Positions 32,352 to 49,614 of a stretch of DNA of 64,000 bases are shown one piece after another (within the stretch, counting starts at the first letter, position 1; each line of letters starts with the position of its first letter). The DNA lies in contig JBHGNT010000015.1 in assembly GCA_043228905.1 (NCBI GenBank), forward strand, positions 1,054,001-1,118,000, written 5' to 3'. Both the position numbers and the translations under genes were made by a program. The DNA comes from Azolla caroliniana. Lineage: Eukaryota > Plantae > Polypodiophyta. The notes beneath the pieces are model-generated. The model made no database searches and was not told the origin of the DNA. It saw nothing but the letters and a program-made list of their open reading frames with translations.

Positions 32352-33947
32352 AAATGGAACACACAGAGAGAACGTAAAGAAAGAAACTGCGTTGATGATG
32401 CTTCTGATTTTTGAATATTCCCCAAATACCCCTCCTTCTCTCCATCAACACTTTTATATATATTCACAAAAAAAATACCCCCCTATTTTGGGTCATTTCC
32501 CCAAATACCCCTCCTATTCTCAATGAAACACTTTTACATATTCACAAGAAATACCCCTCCCCCAACACACACAAACACACATACCCTTCGAGACGATCGG
32601 GCCCTTTTATGTCTCGTTGTTTTGTGAGGACACAAATTACAATCGGTATGTGTCCCTCGTTGTTTTGTGAAGACACGATCAAGCCCTTTTATGTCTCGTT
32701 TTGGGTTTTGGGTTGTTGACCATATGGTCGTGACAAGGAGTGTGGAATGGTATATCATTGGTGGGTAGAGGTAAGAGAAAAGGGTTACAACACTACACTT
32801 CTTAGTCTCCTCTACTTATCCTATGTAGGGAGAGGGACGTCTTGTAATGCCACTAGAAAAACCTGAATATGCATATTGAGGAAATGATCCCCACATGCTC
32901 TAACATCTAGAATTTCCACATAAGAATACCTTTCAACTTCTTCATATAGGCTTTTAACCAATGCTTACTATCAAACATGAAAGCATTGTGTATATTCCAA
33001 TTGCGTTGTAGTCCCCAATATCGTAAAAATTGGAACAATATCTCCATCTCGTCATTTTGACCATTTTGACCATACTGAGAAAAACCTATTATTGAGGCCT
33101 CAAATAACAACGGGTTAAAACTTGCCAAACATCTGATAAGTACTTCCAAATGATACACGTTATAGGATATTTAATGAACTTGTGTGTACTATCCTCCAAC
33201 GGGATGGTGCTAAAGAAACAAGTGTCTGACCTTAGTCATCGTCTCTTTAAGGCTAAACCTAATGGGAGAGGTCTCATTCTCTCTCTCTCGGCTTACCCCA
33301 ATTGCGAACCACCCACTTACACTCCCTAAACCACTCAAACGAAATAGAGGAAATGAAAGGGCACGAGAGCTTAAATATCTTTTAAGGGAGCAAAATGGTA
33401 TGTAGTACACCACATGATAAGATATGGATGTACTATTTTGTTCTACTCTACAATCATGTTTCAAACACAAACATATGGACATGTTCCTCGGCTTTACCCT
33501 ATACATAAATCAATCATTTCCCTAAACACAAGATGAGGGATATATATCTGCGAGTCTCGTCTAAATGTACAACGCCTATTACTAACAAACGTGCATGGTC
33601 CTTAACATGTATAATGTACTATACTTCTATATGTAGTCTATCCTCACGTGTATCATGTGTACTACAATGTCCGTGGTCAATCCTCGATGATATCATGTAC
33701 TATCAAAATTTCTCTACGAAGAGGATTGGCTACACAATTAAGCAACAATTACGTATATAAAAAAGGTGTTATAGCAGATGATACAAAAAGTGCCCTCTTC
33801 ATGGCGTTGGTCTCGTGTCCCCGTGTGATATGAAACGAAACCACAAGGAGCATCAAGCAGGTTATCAAGCCGATCGATTCATACTACTCACTACCTCACA
33901 AGTTGTGCACTACTTACTACTCTTCTTCATCACATGAAGATATGTGT

Positions 33948-34144
33948 GCATACATATGTCATACATACATACATACATACATACATACATACATACATTA
34001 CATACATACATACATATATGATATGTCATACATACATACATACATACATACATACATGATACATTACATACATATGTACATATGTATATATACAAAGACA
34101 TAAGAGACATGTATGTATGTATGTATGTATGTATGTATGTATGT
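33948..34144. repeat. (CATA)n followed by (TATG)n microsatellite (inverted arrangement)
   Basis: Direct reading, immediately upstream of CCB1. Confidence 0.85.
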
Positions 34145-34200
34145 TACTCTACTACTCTTTTGCTAAGTCTGTAGGAAGAGAGAGAGAGAGAGCGAGTGCA

Positions 34201-36656
34201 ATGAGAGGCCTAGTGGTCACCTTCAGCACCACCCATTTCCTGCATCATCGCCATCGCCATCGCCATAGCCATGCCTCGCAAACGCACAGCCTTGCTTCTC
34301 CATCGCCATGCCCGAACAGTGGAATGCCCCTTCATCACCGGAATAGGCGTCCCTTGGGATGCAGGGCTTCCTTAGATCCCTTCTCTACCCTTCCTGTCAT
34401 CATCCCCGCCATCTCTGACAGCAGCAGCAGCAGCAGCATCATCACCGATGCTGGCTATTCTTCAGCAAGCTACTATACCTCGCTCGGTCTCTTCGTCCTC
34501 TCTGTTCCTGGCGTCTGGTCTCTCATCAAGCGTTCTACGAAGTCTAAGGTTGGATCTTCTCTCTGTGTCAGTGTCGATAATAGGTAGAATGCCATTTTTT
34601 CTTTCTTTCTGTGATTTGGATCACAGTGAAGGTTGAGCTGCATAATTTGTCAATTGTTGGCCTAATGCTTAGGATCACCTGTTCTAGGATTTCGGGTTGA
34701 CCTGTGCAACATGTCAAGTGTTGTTAACCAAATGTTGGAGAATGACCTGTTTTTTTCTTGGTTTTAGAGTTTTTATTGCTCTAAATAAACCTTCTAAAAG
34801 TTATCCAAATTCATAGAATTGATTGTTTTCTTTGTTAAAAGTTAGTGTTTTGGTTGTTGTACATAAAATACAAACATAGAAGCAAGTGAAATTATGGTGA
34901 GCATAGAATGCACTTTGGTTCCAATCCTGTTCTTTTCTAATTTCTTTGCATAATTTGGGAAAGTAAATACTTAGCTTGAAGATCTCTGTGTGTCTTAATA
35001 ACAATGATTAGAACAATGTTCCTTGGTTTTGGTTGTTAATGTATAAATTGTCTTTTATGAGATCTCTGGAGAGAGGTTTAAAGAGGATTTAATGGATTGA
35101 TCATTGAACCACTCTTTAACAAGACATTTTTAACATGTTTCCTAACATGCATTTGTCATTCAATTTGAAGCTAAGAAAGAGATTGCCAAAAGCATCTGTA
35201 ATAAAAAAGAAAGGCCCTCTATCAAAATGATTTAAAGAAAACACCAGAATAATGTTACTATAGAAGTAAAAGTCCTAATTGGCATAATTGAAATCACTGG
35301 AAATTGATTTGTAATACTAGTAAATGGCTCTATCAATGAAATCCGAATGATGGGAGGACACTGAAAGAGAATGGGAAATCCTTTGTTCTATGGTCTCCAA
35401 ACATAGATTTCTGCTGCCATTCCTTCAGGCGTTAGAAACTTCAATTTTACAGCTACAGTCATTACTGTGAAAGCTTTTGTATTATATGGCTATACTGGCA
35501 ATACTGATATATTAATGTTCAGACTCACAAAGCTTAGCTGGCTGATACATATGCACACTCAAAGTATTTTAGACTATTGGCATGATTGGATGAATGAAGT
35601 CAAGTCCACCATTCATTAGAGTGAACTAGCGGGAGTATGGAGTTACTAGCATGTGGTCACAATCCATTGGGTGGCTCCATCATCGACGCATTACATTTTT
35701 GTGCTTGCTCATGAGCATACTTGCTTATTTCAGGCCACTAGAGACTGGCACGAAGAATCTTTCTCTTCAAGTCCGCCGTGCTCATGTGACTGGAGATGAT
35801 CCCTTAATGTGCACCTACTAGGATTTGTTTCTTTTCATTCTCACTAACACATCACCACAGTATCTGGTCAGCAGCCTGAGTTGGAGAATGATTCTTTATA
35901 TTGATGGGGTAGGGTTTTAGATGAAGAGATATGACATGATTGATTGACAGGGTACTTTGCATAAAAAAACTAATTTTTGTATTTATGTTGAACAGATTGT
36001 TAAGAAGACATTTGTTGTACCTGGACCATCAGACTCTGAAGGAAAGTCCCCCAGTCAAGTGGCTGGGGAGATTACATCATTCTTCACTCGGAAAAATTTC
36101 GTTATTACAGATAGAGGCGAGACTGTGACGTATGTGCACTTAATGGAATGTAGAGTGACATTTTTTACTATGCTAAAAAGGTTTTTTTAGGTTAAATCAT
36201 AGATGAGGACCATTAATGCTTTTTTATTTCAATAAGTGTAGGTTTGAGGGAACCATTGTTCCTAGTCGTGCACAAGCAGCCTTTTTGATATTTTGCACTT
36301 GCATAAGCTTGGGAAGCATTGCTCTAGTACTCACCATAACTGTACCAGAGATCGGTGACAAATGGTATTGGTTGTCAGGATTAAGTCCTCTTGCGTGAGT
36401 ATCTTTTTTTTGTTTGATTTGTACATACACTGTATGTGTTCTGTTCTTTGATTGTGATTTGGCTTGCAGTGGAGCATATTATTGGACACGAGCATCGCGT
36501 AAGGAACAAATAAAAGTGAAGATGATTGTGGCAGATGATGAAGCATCTACAGATGTCATCTTACAGGGTGATGATGAAGAAATTGATCTGTTGAGGCGAG
36601 AATTGCAATTAATGGAGAAAGGCATGGTGTATGTGAAAGGATTATTGGAGAGATAA
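34201..36656 (+). CDS. CCB1: Cofactor assembly of complex C subunit B CCB1, chloroplastic, 4 exons
   Basis: Exons 34201-34548, 35996-36129, 36242-36394, 36470-36656; transit-peptide-like N-terminus; YSSASYYTSLGLFVLSVPGVWSLIKRSTKSKIVKKTF, GETVTFEG, LSPLAGAYYW, LMEKGMVYVKG. Confidence 0.93.
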
Positions 36657-38573
36657 AACATTCGGGGTGTCTAAGTGAGTTGTACAACGAACAAAATGAT
36701 TCAAATATGATGAAATATAAGACAGCATTTATAAATAATTGCTAAAATTGATTCAGATGATATCATTACTTTTAATATAACAAATAGAAGAGTAAATGAA
36801 GTTCTAACAAATAGAAGAGAGGTAATAGTAACACTGTTAATCATAATAATGATTGATCATAGAAGATAGGGTACAAGTGTAACGCTTGGCACATACTCTT
36901 GGGTATGAACAATGTGCCCCTATTAGGTTAACTACATACTATTCTTCCTTGAAAGTTAGCGTTTGGAGGATTTAATTCGCATCATTTGCTTGCTGTTAAA
37001 AGAAAACATGACCATGGGAACACGCCCACCTTAATACCTGCTCTTTGGGAATTGATGATGTGAGTGGAAGAAAGATAAAAGACTTTACTCCTTTACCAGT
37101 TAGTTTCTGTTTTGAATGTCACATATTCATCCTGAAGCATACATAATCTGGTTACCACATGTGCCCAAATTGTATTACAAATGACACATAATGTTCAAGC
37201 ACGGGACTAATGATACATAGCATTCAAGCGCATGATTATTGCTTGTGCATGACAAACGATCTTCTCCATACAGAAATTACAGTCAAACTTCAAAATTGAC
37301 ATATCAATGGCAATGCAATGCTTTGTAATGAGTTGCAGGATAGTCATCAGATCAAGTCATTGTAGCCTTGTTGCTGACCTCTCATGCAATTGAAACAAAA
37401 TTTGGTGAACTCCTCTTGAGGGATGCAGGGCAGAGCCCTGTTGTCACCAATCTATCAAAGAAAGCTCACAAACATTTGAAATCAAATTCAGGATTTCGTT
37501 TAAGGGTATGTATGCCATCATGAAATGCAGCAGTGATTATGTCATATCACTGTTCACCAAATTCTCGCAGCTCTTGCAAAGAACCATTCAATGCATTGTC
37601 AACTGGGAATGTCCACCAAGCTTCCAACCATTATTTGATATTAAATCATTATATATAAGCACATTTCTCACATGTGTACAAGCTTCATCATAAGACATTC
37701 GAATTTATTATATTCGGATCTGCTGACAGGATTGCCACGACATTTAACATTACACATACCCCAACTAAATGCTACCTTATCAAGCTTGTGACCACTGAAC
37801 ATTGTGGCTACTCAAATATTAAATTTACCGTTGTGCTCCCCAATGAGATGAAGAGTGATTCTGTCAAGAAGAAGCGTTCATACAGAAATGTTTTTAGAAT
37901 TAATTCACCTAATCTCTTGTAGCATGTTTTGATGAAAACCTGTATATTAACAAGTCATATCCTACTGACTCAAAATTTCAATAGACTTCATCCCTGAGGT
38001 AATCTCAGAAGTCTTCAACTTATAATACATACCATAATTGGTATATCTCACAATGATGCAAAACATTTAATCATTCTACAAGTACTCCAAACTGGAGGCT
38101 CTTGACTTCCTACCTCCACATGTAAAAATATTCTGTACCACCAATATGCTTGGATGACAGATGCACAGATAATAATACTGTGAGCAATGGGATAGAAACA
38201 TTGAAGCTGACAGAAATTGAGCAGCCTAAAATTGAAGCGCTTTATCACTCAATTAGAAATAGACAAAGTAAAGAGTAGGGTAGTTATATGTAAGATGTAC
38301 CGGATCCATAAAGGACACGTCTATAATGTGAATGGTACTCTTATGAACCCCATGACAAAATGTGTTTGTTGTTCATTGTCTTTGATGTTATGAGTACTTC
38401 TATCCGCAAAATTTCAGTGATCAAACACTCATACAAGCAATAAACTTAAGTATTCTGTGGAATAGCGTCTGGGAGTAAAAATACAAAATGCTTGTCCTTA
38501 CATCACTTTGATGTTATTCAATCTTTAATCTTTATAGTTGCAAAAACTGTGATCAGCTCCAACAACATTATTG

Positions 38574-42298
<3,725 letters not shown>

Positions 42299-42615
42299 GA
42301 CTGTGCGCAGACTTGAACTGCTACTCGTGGGAAAGAAGAAGAGAAGAGAAGAGAATAGAAGAGATCTTCTCTGTCTCTCTCTCTCTCTGATTCGTGAAGA
42401 GATTTTCGAAGGGGTAAAACCACCAAAACATTTGATGAGAAATGGGGCTGCATATTTCAGAAATTACAAAAATGACCCTCTCTCATCCTTAGTGTTATTT
42501 ATTCATGGTTTTGTTATTTCATTCTCTTAGTGTTTTGGGCAGGTGGGGGGGGGGGGGGCTCATATGTGCATTCCAGTTGGGGAAAGACCAACCCCCACAT
42601 AGATGATGATTATTG

Positions 42616-42986
42616 ATCTCGTGGCTAGCCTAAAGAAATGCATGAATTATCATAGATCTTTGTGGTTGGTGTAATCAAAACATAGGAAATTATTACAGAT
42701 TCTTGTGGTTAGCGTAAGCAAACGTAGGATTTATTTTTGGATCTTGTGGTTGCTGGTGTAAGCAAACATAGGAATTGTTATAGATCTTCTGGTTAGTGTA
42801 AGCAAACGTATGAATTATTATGGATCTTGTGGCGCTAGCATAAGGATACGTAGGAAATGTTATAGATCTTGTGGTTAGTGTAAGTAAACGTATGATTTAT
42901 TATGGATCTTGTGGTTAGTGTAAGTATACGTAGGAATTTGTTATGGATCTTGTGGTTAGCGTAAGCATACGTAGGAATTTATTATG
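42616..42986. repeat. Minisatellite, about 41-bp unit x9, upstream of PURA
   Basis: GATCTTGTGGTTAGTGTAAGCAAACGTAGGAATTATTATG consensus, contiguous with no unique spacers. Confidence 0.9.
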
Positions 42987-43402
42987 GTAAACGTCGGAAA
43001 TTTGTTCATGTAAACCTGGGAACTTGTCTTTCCTTTGTCGTGTTCGATCTCCATGCCATCATCCTTGACGCCTCAATTATAGGTACTGTCACCTCTCTTC
43101 ACACACTCTCACACACACACAAACAAAAGAATTGATTTCTATTGCTTATTTATTTATTCAATCATTCTCCAAGACTAATGAGTTCGATCTACGATCCCTT
43201 CCTTACAAGAGGGCTATGTGTGTGAAGTTTTTGTTTTCTCTTATGTTGACGTAAACCCCTAGGTATTGGTACATATATGATCACTTTGACTACATAATGG
43301 TGCAAGGGTTGAACAATCACTCATTTATTGGCACCTTCCTCGCTCTCTCCCTCTCTCCCTCTTTCTCCCCTCGTCTATCACAATAAATTATTAGTATCAC
43401 TC

Positions 43403-46400
43403 GCTTAAGGCCGTAGAGTGGCTTCTTTAGTCGGCAAACTGCTTTTGGATGGGTGCTCGATTCAAAGCCGAGTGGTTGTACCATGTACACCTCCTCTTCT
43501 AATTCATCTTGAAGAAAGGTGTGCTTGACGTCCATTTGATGGAGGTGCTACCCTTTCGTTGCTATGAGTGCAATCATGGTCCGCACAATCGTCATCTTTG
43601 ACACCGGGGCAAAGGTCTCTTCATAGTCGACACCGTGTGTTTGTGCGTAGCCTTTTGCTACGAGTTGAGCTTTGTAGCAGTTGACAAAACCGTCAACATT
43701 ATACTTCACTTTGTAAATCCACTTGCAGCCGGTCGCCTTTTTGTGTGGTGAGTGGGGAATGAGACCCTATGTCTCGTTCTTACATAGTGCATGCATCTCC
43801 TCATTCATTGCTTCAACCCATCGTGGATCCTTGGCTACTTCAGAAAAATTTTCCGGTTCTCGAACTGCTGCCACCTTCGTCATAAACGCATAATGATATG
43901 CCATATAGTCATTGTAGCCGAATCGGCTAACCGGATTCTTCTCTCAGGTGGAGTGACGGAGTTTCTCATTTGATGTGGCAATGGCTTTCTCTACACAAGG
44001 TGTCCTCATGATGGGTACATCAAAGCCACCGAACTCATTGTCGAGTGAGTGAGTTGATTTGTTGCCGTTGAATTATTGTCTTCATATTCCAACATTTTGG
44101 CCTTGCCTTTATCCATCTTCGGACTTGGGCGAGATGTGCTTTGGTTGCTCGGGGCCTCTTGTGGCCCATTGAGCCTGGTCATGATTGAACTTTCTTCGAA
44201 CGTATGCCTCAATTGATCTTCGTCTTCTATCTCTTGGTTGGTCAAATTCAGGCCAACCTTCTTAGTAGAGGGGTTGAAGCACTTGTACCCCTTTTGCTCT
44301 AGTGAGTATCCTACGAGGATACACTTCTCCGACTTGGGATCTAGCTTTTCTTGCTTTTCATCGGGGATCTACACGTATGCAATTGAACCGAATATCCTTA
44401 CATGGGATAGATCCGGTTTCTTTCCATAGTACTTCTCGTGCAAGGTAAGTTCGTGCACGCCAGATGCTGTACACCGATTCATGAGGTAGATGACAATATT
44501 TGCTGCTTTTGCCCAATATGTCTTCGGCAAATTCTTTTCGTTCATCATGGCCCGTAATACTTCGAGGATGTGTCGATTTTTGTGTTTGACCAGTCCATTT
44601 CGTTGTGGTGTGTGTCAACACGAAAACTCTCATCGGATTCCTTCTTGTTGAAGGTACGTCGTGAATGCACCGGAGAAGTATTTCTTGCCTCCATTTGACC
44701 GAAGACATCGTACATGCCGGCCTGTGGCTTTCTCGACTTCATTCTTAAATTTTCGGAAGTGTCCGAACAATTCGCTCTTTTACCTCATGGGGAAGATCTA
44801 GGTGTGCCTAGAGAAGTCGTTGATAAAGGTGACGTAATATCGACAACCGCCGAATGTAGCCATATGAGCCGGTCCCCACACGTCTGAGTGGATGACATCT
44901 AGGAGGCCTTTGCTCACGGGGAATGGGTACCAATGTTGCTTGCCGAATTGGCAGGCTGCACAAATGCCTTCAATCTCTTTCTCTTTGAAGGTCGGGAGCC
45001 CGATGACGACTCCTTTCGATTGCATCACCTTGAGTTTATTGAGATTGATGTGGCCAATTCTCTTGTGCCATAGCTCTATGTCGGTGTTGGCTTTGGAGCC
45101 TTTTGCAAACATGGCCAATTTCATCTTGTGCGAATCGAGAATGAACATTTGGCCTTCTCTTCGTCCATGAGCGACGAGTCGGCCCTCTTTTTCGATGAAG
45201 CAACCGCCTTGGTTGAATCGGACTTGCATGCCTTGCTCCACAATTTGGTTGACTGAGACCAAATTCTTCGTGATGGTCGATACATGCAAGACATTCTTAA
45301 TGTATGTTTGGTTGCCCTCTTTCCCGAATGGGACATTGCCGATGTGTCGAATCGGATGAGTAGTCTCGTCTCTGGTTTCGACATAGTCGAGTCAATTTGG
45401 TTCTCTGAAGTTTCAGAAGCATTCTTGATGAGACGTCATATGGTTCGAAGCACTGGAGTTGACGAACCATACATCTTCTAGACCGGAGCCACTAGTTGAA
45501 GTAAAGGCTGACATAGAATTGACTCTATGTCTCATCACGAACAATCCGCCATGGTCATCATAGTTAGAGTTGGTGGCGTAATTGGTGAGTTATCGGCATG
45601 TGGAAGCCGGCTCATGCTTCTTCTTCCGACACACTTCTTCGTGGTGGCTAAATTTACCACAATATCCGCATTCGGTTGAGTTTTGTTGGCTTGGGCCGGC
45701 ATGAAAGATCCCCCTTCTTCCGAATGTTCCTTGATTGTTTCTGTTTTCTTGCTAAAATTGGGAGTTATTTTCATAGGTTGGACCTCTTCTGCCTTGTCCT
45801 TGGCTGAATCAGTGTCTTCTTGGTCAACCGCTATTGTGATAATCCGTCACTATCAACGGATCGTGAGGCGGAACTCCCGGGGTTATGGACTGGAATAATT
45901 TGTGCTCACCCGTACAACACAAGCAATATTTGAACATAAGACAAGTCGGAGGGAGAAAACGTTCGTTTCTTGCAAAAGAAAAATAGATTCTTTATAATTC
46001 TAGAATCATGTTACAATGGATTAGATATGAATATAAAAGATCATTCTTGAAAGAAAGAAGCCAACAACCATGTAAGGAGTGGTCCGATCTTAATATGAGA
46101 GATTATTCTTCCCCCAAGGAATGGGAGAGATAAGAAGAGAAAAAAACAGAAAAAGAGTGGAACATATACAGAGTTCTTTGTTGATCAAGCCGAGTTGACT
46201 AAAGGAGTCGGCACATCCGAACAAGTCGGAGCAAGAGGCGACGGTTGCAGAGTCAAGTGGAATAGAGCCGACCGGAAGAAGAAAGCCAAGACCCGAACAT
46301 GGTCCGATGTTGTGAAGGGCTTGAAAATGGGAGACGAGTTGGAGACTACCAACTCGGACAAGAGCAGGAATGAATCGGTTGCCCCGTTTGTATAATTCGG

Positions 46401-47855
46401 CCACATGATCCAATCATCCATAAAGTTCAGCTAGTGCGTAATCCGTACGTGCATCACAACCAAACCATGCGTTGCAACCGAATTGTAGACGCGTCCGTGC
46501 GCGCAAGTCCTGACCAAATCATTTAAGCCATTCATTTATCCACACAATTTAGCCCAAGTCACCTTGAACAGTTTGTGCTTCACACATAAACATATAATAA
46601 TAGGTTTTGGCTCTCCTTATATACTATGGGCCTCCAATGTTGACCTGTCTATCTGGGATATCTCACAGTTTGTATTCTTAATCTTCTCAAACTTCACACT
46701 CACATAACTTGATACTTGTTTATCCGTTTCATGTGTAGTAAAATGCGTTATGAAGCTCTTGAAGACATCTATCTTTCCATATCAATCCATTAAGATAATC
46801 TTAAATAATTATTTTACTAATTTTCATATCGTGTGTGAAAAACCACACGACACCGCATCCTCTTCCTTTGTCCGAGTGTGTGTAGAGCATATATGGCCTT
46901 CCGAGGCATTGCTCCTTGTTCGAACGTGGTTTTCCTCAACCACCAACATTGATTGAAGATTAAAGAAAGAGGGAGGATTCTCCCTTGCTAGGACAACGGT
47001 TCTCATCGCACCAAACCGTGGTGCAAGGCCGCCTAGGCATATTTGCACCATCTCATCATCCTCCACGTTGACGCTTATTGAGCTGAGTGAGTCACAATGC
47101 TCCTTGATCTCTCAAGGTGTAGCTTGTGATGGACATGTCCCTTGTTGAATATTATTTAACTCTTTAGGGAGTTGGAGCTTTCGTGCTGTCGTATTAATGA
47201 CGAATATCTTCTTAAGATTCTCCCAAGCTTCTTTCTGCGTCTTGGCTTCCCAAATGTAGCCAAGCATGTGGTCATGGACACATGTTGCCAAGCAATACAT
47301 CACTCGGCTTGCTGCTTGCTCCCACGTTGAGTATTCGGTGTCTTTTGGATCAGGTTTGTTTTCTTGTGCTCCTTGAATGTAACTGGGCCAATAACCTTGG
47401 CCGACAAGGTATTGGTGCATCTTGTACTCCCAATATGCAAAGTTATTTCTCTCCAACTTCTCGTTAGGGAGAGTGCTCCCCATTCGAGTATTCATTATGT
47501 CAATGTAGATTTCCTTCTTCTTTTCCTTCTCTCTCGAACATGAGCTATGTAGTGACACTACAATAGCGATGAGCCGATTCTTCTTGAATGGCAGCATAGG
47601 ACACAACACACTCGGATGGGCTAGATCGTGCTATCAAATCGCTCTGACACCATGTAAAGAATCATATATGATTCTATGCAACGGAAGAGATGCGTGTTAT
47701 GTGTGTGTGTGTGTGCGCATGTGTGTGCGCATGTGTGTGTGAAGAGAAGAGGAGAGAAGAGAAACACAAGATAGATAAGAGAAATGAAGTACTTAAGAAG
47801 ATGTATATTAACAAAGAGAATATTTAGTACAAAAATGTAGCATTACAAGGAGCAA
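43403..47855 (-). mobile_element. Degenerate Ty1/Copia retrotransposon, 5' part (partial LTR, PBS, gag, protease, integrase, partial RT)
   Basis: LTR 3' part 47855-47653; PBS TGGTGTCAGAGC 47652-47641 (tRNA-iMet type); gag NFAYWEYKM, knuckle ECGYCGKFSHHEEVC, integrase [25 protein letters not shown]...LYGLK; many stops and frameshifts. Confidence 0.92.
45832..46852. mobile_element. Solo-LTR-like insertion (~1.02 kb) nested in the Copia gag
   Basis: Termini TATTGTG...CACGACA (decayed TGTCGTG/CACGACA inverted ends), flanked by CCGC on both sides; gag reads through when the insert is removed. Confidence 0.7.
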
Positions 47856-48809
47856 TATCTTGGAGTAGCAAAAAGAAGCCAATCGTCGCTCTTTCGAGCA
47901 CAGAGGCTAAATATAGGGGTGCGACTGTGTCTGCATGTGAAGTTGTCTGGTTGAAGCGAATCTTGAAGGATCTAGGCGTTCCCATCAAGGATCTGACTCC
48001 CCTTTACTGCGACAACATGAGCTGTATTTATTTGGCTCGGAACCCGATGTTCCATGCATGCACGAAGCATATCGAGGTGCACTATCACTTCAAGGGAGAG
48101 CACATTTAGGCTGGAGATGTCGACCTTCAACATATCAACACAAATCTTCAGACAAACGACATCTTCACCAAAGCCCTTGGAGCCGACAAGCTTCGACAAT
48201 TCATGATAGACCTTGGATTCACGATACCTGACTTGCGAAGCTTGAGGGGGAGTACAAGAGAGAACCGGATACCGTCTGAACTAGAAGTAGCTAACATAGA
48301 CATCAACTGAAAGAAGCCGATACAAGTTGAGCTTGAGGGGCTGTGTTGAGGATCAAGCTCAACCTATACTAGTGTGTCAACACACCTTTGAGAATTTATG
48401 AACATTCAAAGGTCAAAAGTCACCACCACTTTCTACACATTAACTATGTGTAATAAAATCATATTCTATGACACATAACTAATGAGTTCCATATTCCCCA
48501 TGACTAATGAGTCTCCACGTTCCCCCAAGAATTTAGAGAGAGAGTTGACGTTGTAGTGAGTTAATGAAGAGAGAGGGTGACCTTAAATAAAGCTCCCTCC
48601 TTCTACTTCATATATTGTCGGTTGTTGCTCCTTATAATGCTACATTTTTGTACTAAATATTCTCTTTGTTAATATACATCTTCTTGAGTACTTCATTTCT
48701 CTTATCTATCTTGTGTTTCTCTTCTCTCCTCTCCTCTTCACACACACACACACACACACACACACAACACATCTCTTTCATTGCATAGAATCATATTCGA
48801 TTCTTTACA
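47849..48809 (+). mobile_element. Copia 3' part: RNase H, PPT and full 3' LTR (48344-48809)
   Basis: GAISWSSKKKPIVALSSTEAKY, LYCDN, TKHIEVHYHF, DIFTKAL; PPT-like TTGAGGGG; LTR TGTTG...TTACA, whose 3' 185-200 bp matches the inverted copy at 47653-47855. Confidence 0.9.
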
Positions 48810-49614
48810 CATTTGAAGTAATGTCTAAGCCCATTGTCAAGAGGCAATACCAACAAGTGGCAAGACATATGATCCCAAAAGAGATTGTTGCACAACAAAT
48901 GTTAAAATGAGACAAATTGTTCCTTAAGTTTGGCCATATTGGAGGAGCCTTTATTACTAAGCTTTGGACACATTGTCTCAACGCATTGTTTTGCCGTTTC
49001 GGGGATACTTTTGGAGTTTTTCCCTAAAACTTAGAGACATGTGCTTATCTATTGTAATGATTTCATTCCCATTTTGAATGCCATCCATTTTCACATTGAT
49101 TTTGCCAATGCAATGTCTTGTCATAGCTTTCTACAATCCAAGATTTTGGATGGGTGAGGAGTAACTTTCCTACCACACGCCTAATTGCAACTTGTATGTG
49201 GATACCTTACACGCCACTTCCCTTTTGAACATGAAAAGGAATAAAAAGAAAAGGGATAAGACATGAGTAACATCCCACTCCTTTCTTTGTTTTTAATATA
49301 TGAGATTTTCTTTCTTTAGGTTGCCTTCCAAATGTGTGCCTTTTCCTTTTTCCATTAAAAAAATGAGTTTTTTAAAGCAAAATGGAAATTGAGAAGAAGA
49401 AAAAAAGAAAGTGCTCAACAATGGGAGATGCCACATCATATGAAAATCAAATGGTTCCCTTGATTGATGGGCTAAATGATCCAACATTTGTGATTTTCTA
49501 GAATCAATGTCACTAGTGTGTCGTGACCACCCTCTCTATGAACAAGATAGAGTGCTCTTCCTTTATAGCCAGTGTCTTACTTAGACCCTTTTTTCTCATA
49601 CAAAATTGTTCACT

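Noticed and set aside
32851-33180. CACTAGAAAA as the start of a CACTA transposon
   Set aside because: No matching inverted end with a 3-bp TSD found; it cannot pair with the 20449 end because the two face away from each other
42616-42986. CRISPR-like periodic array
   Set aside because: Whole units are similar end to end with no unique spacers, there are no cas genes, and the context is eukaryotic; it is a minisatellite
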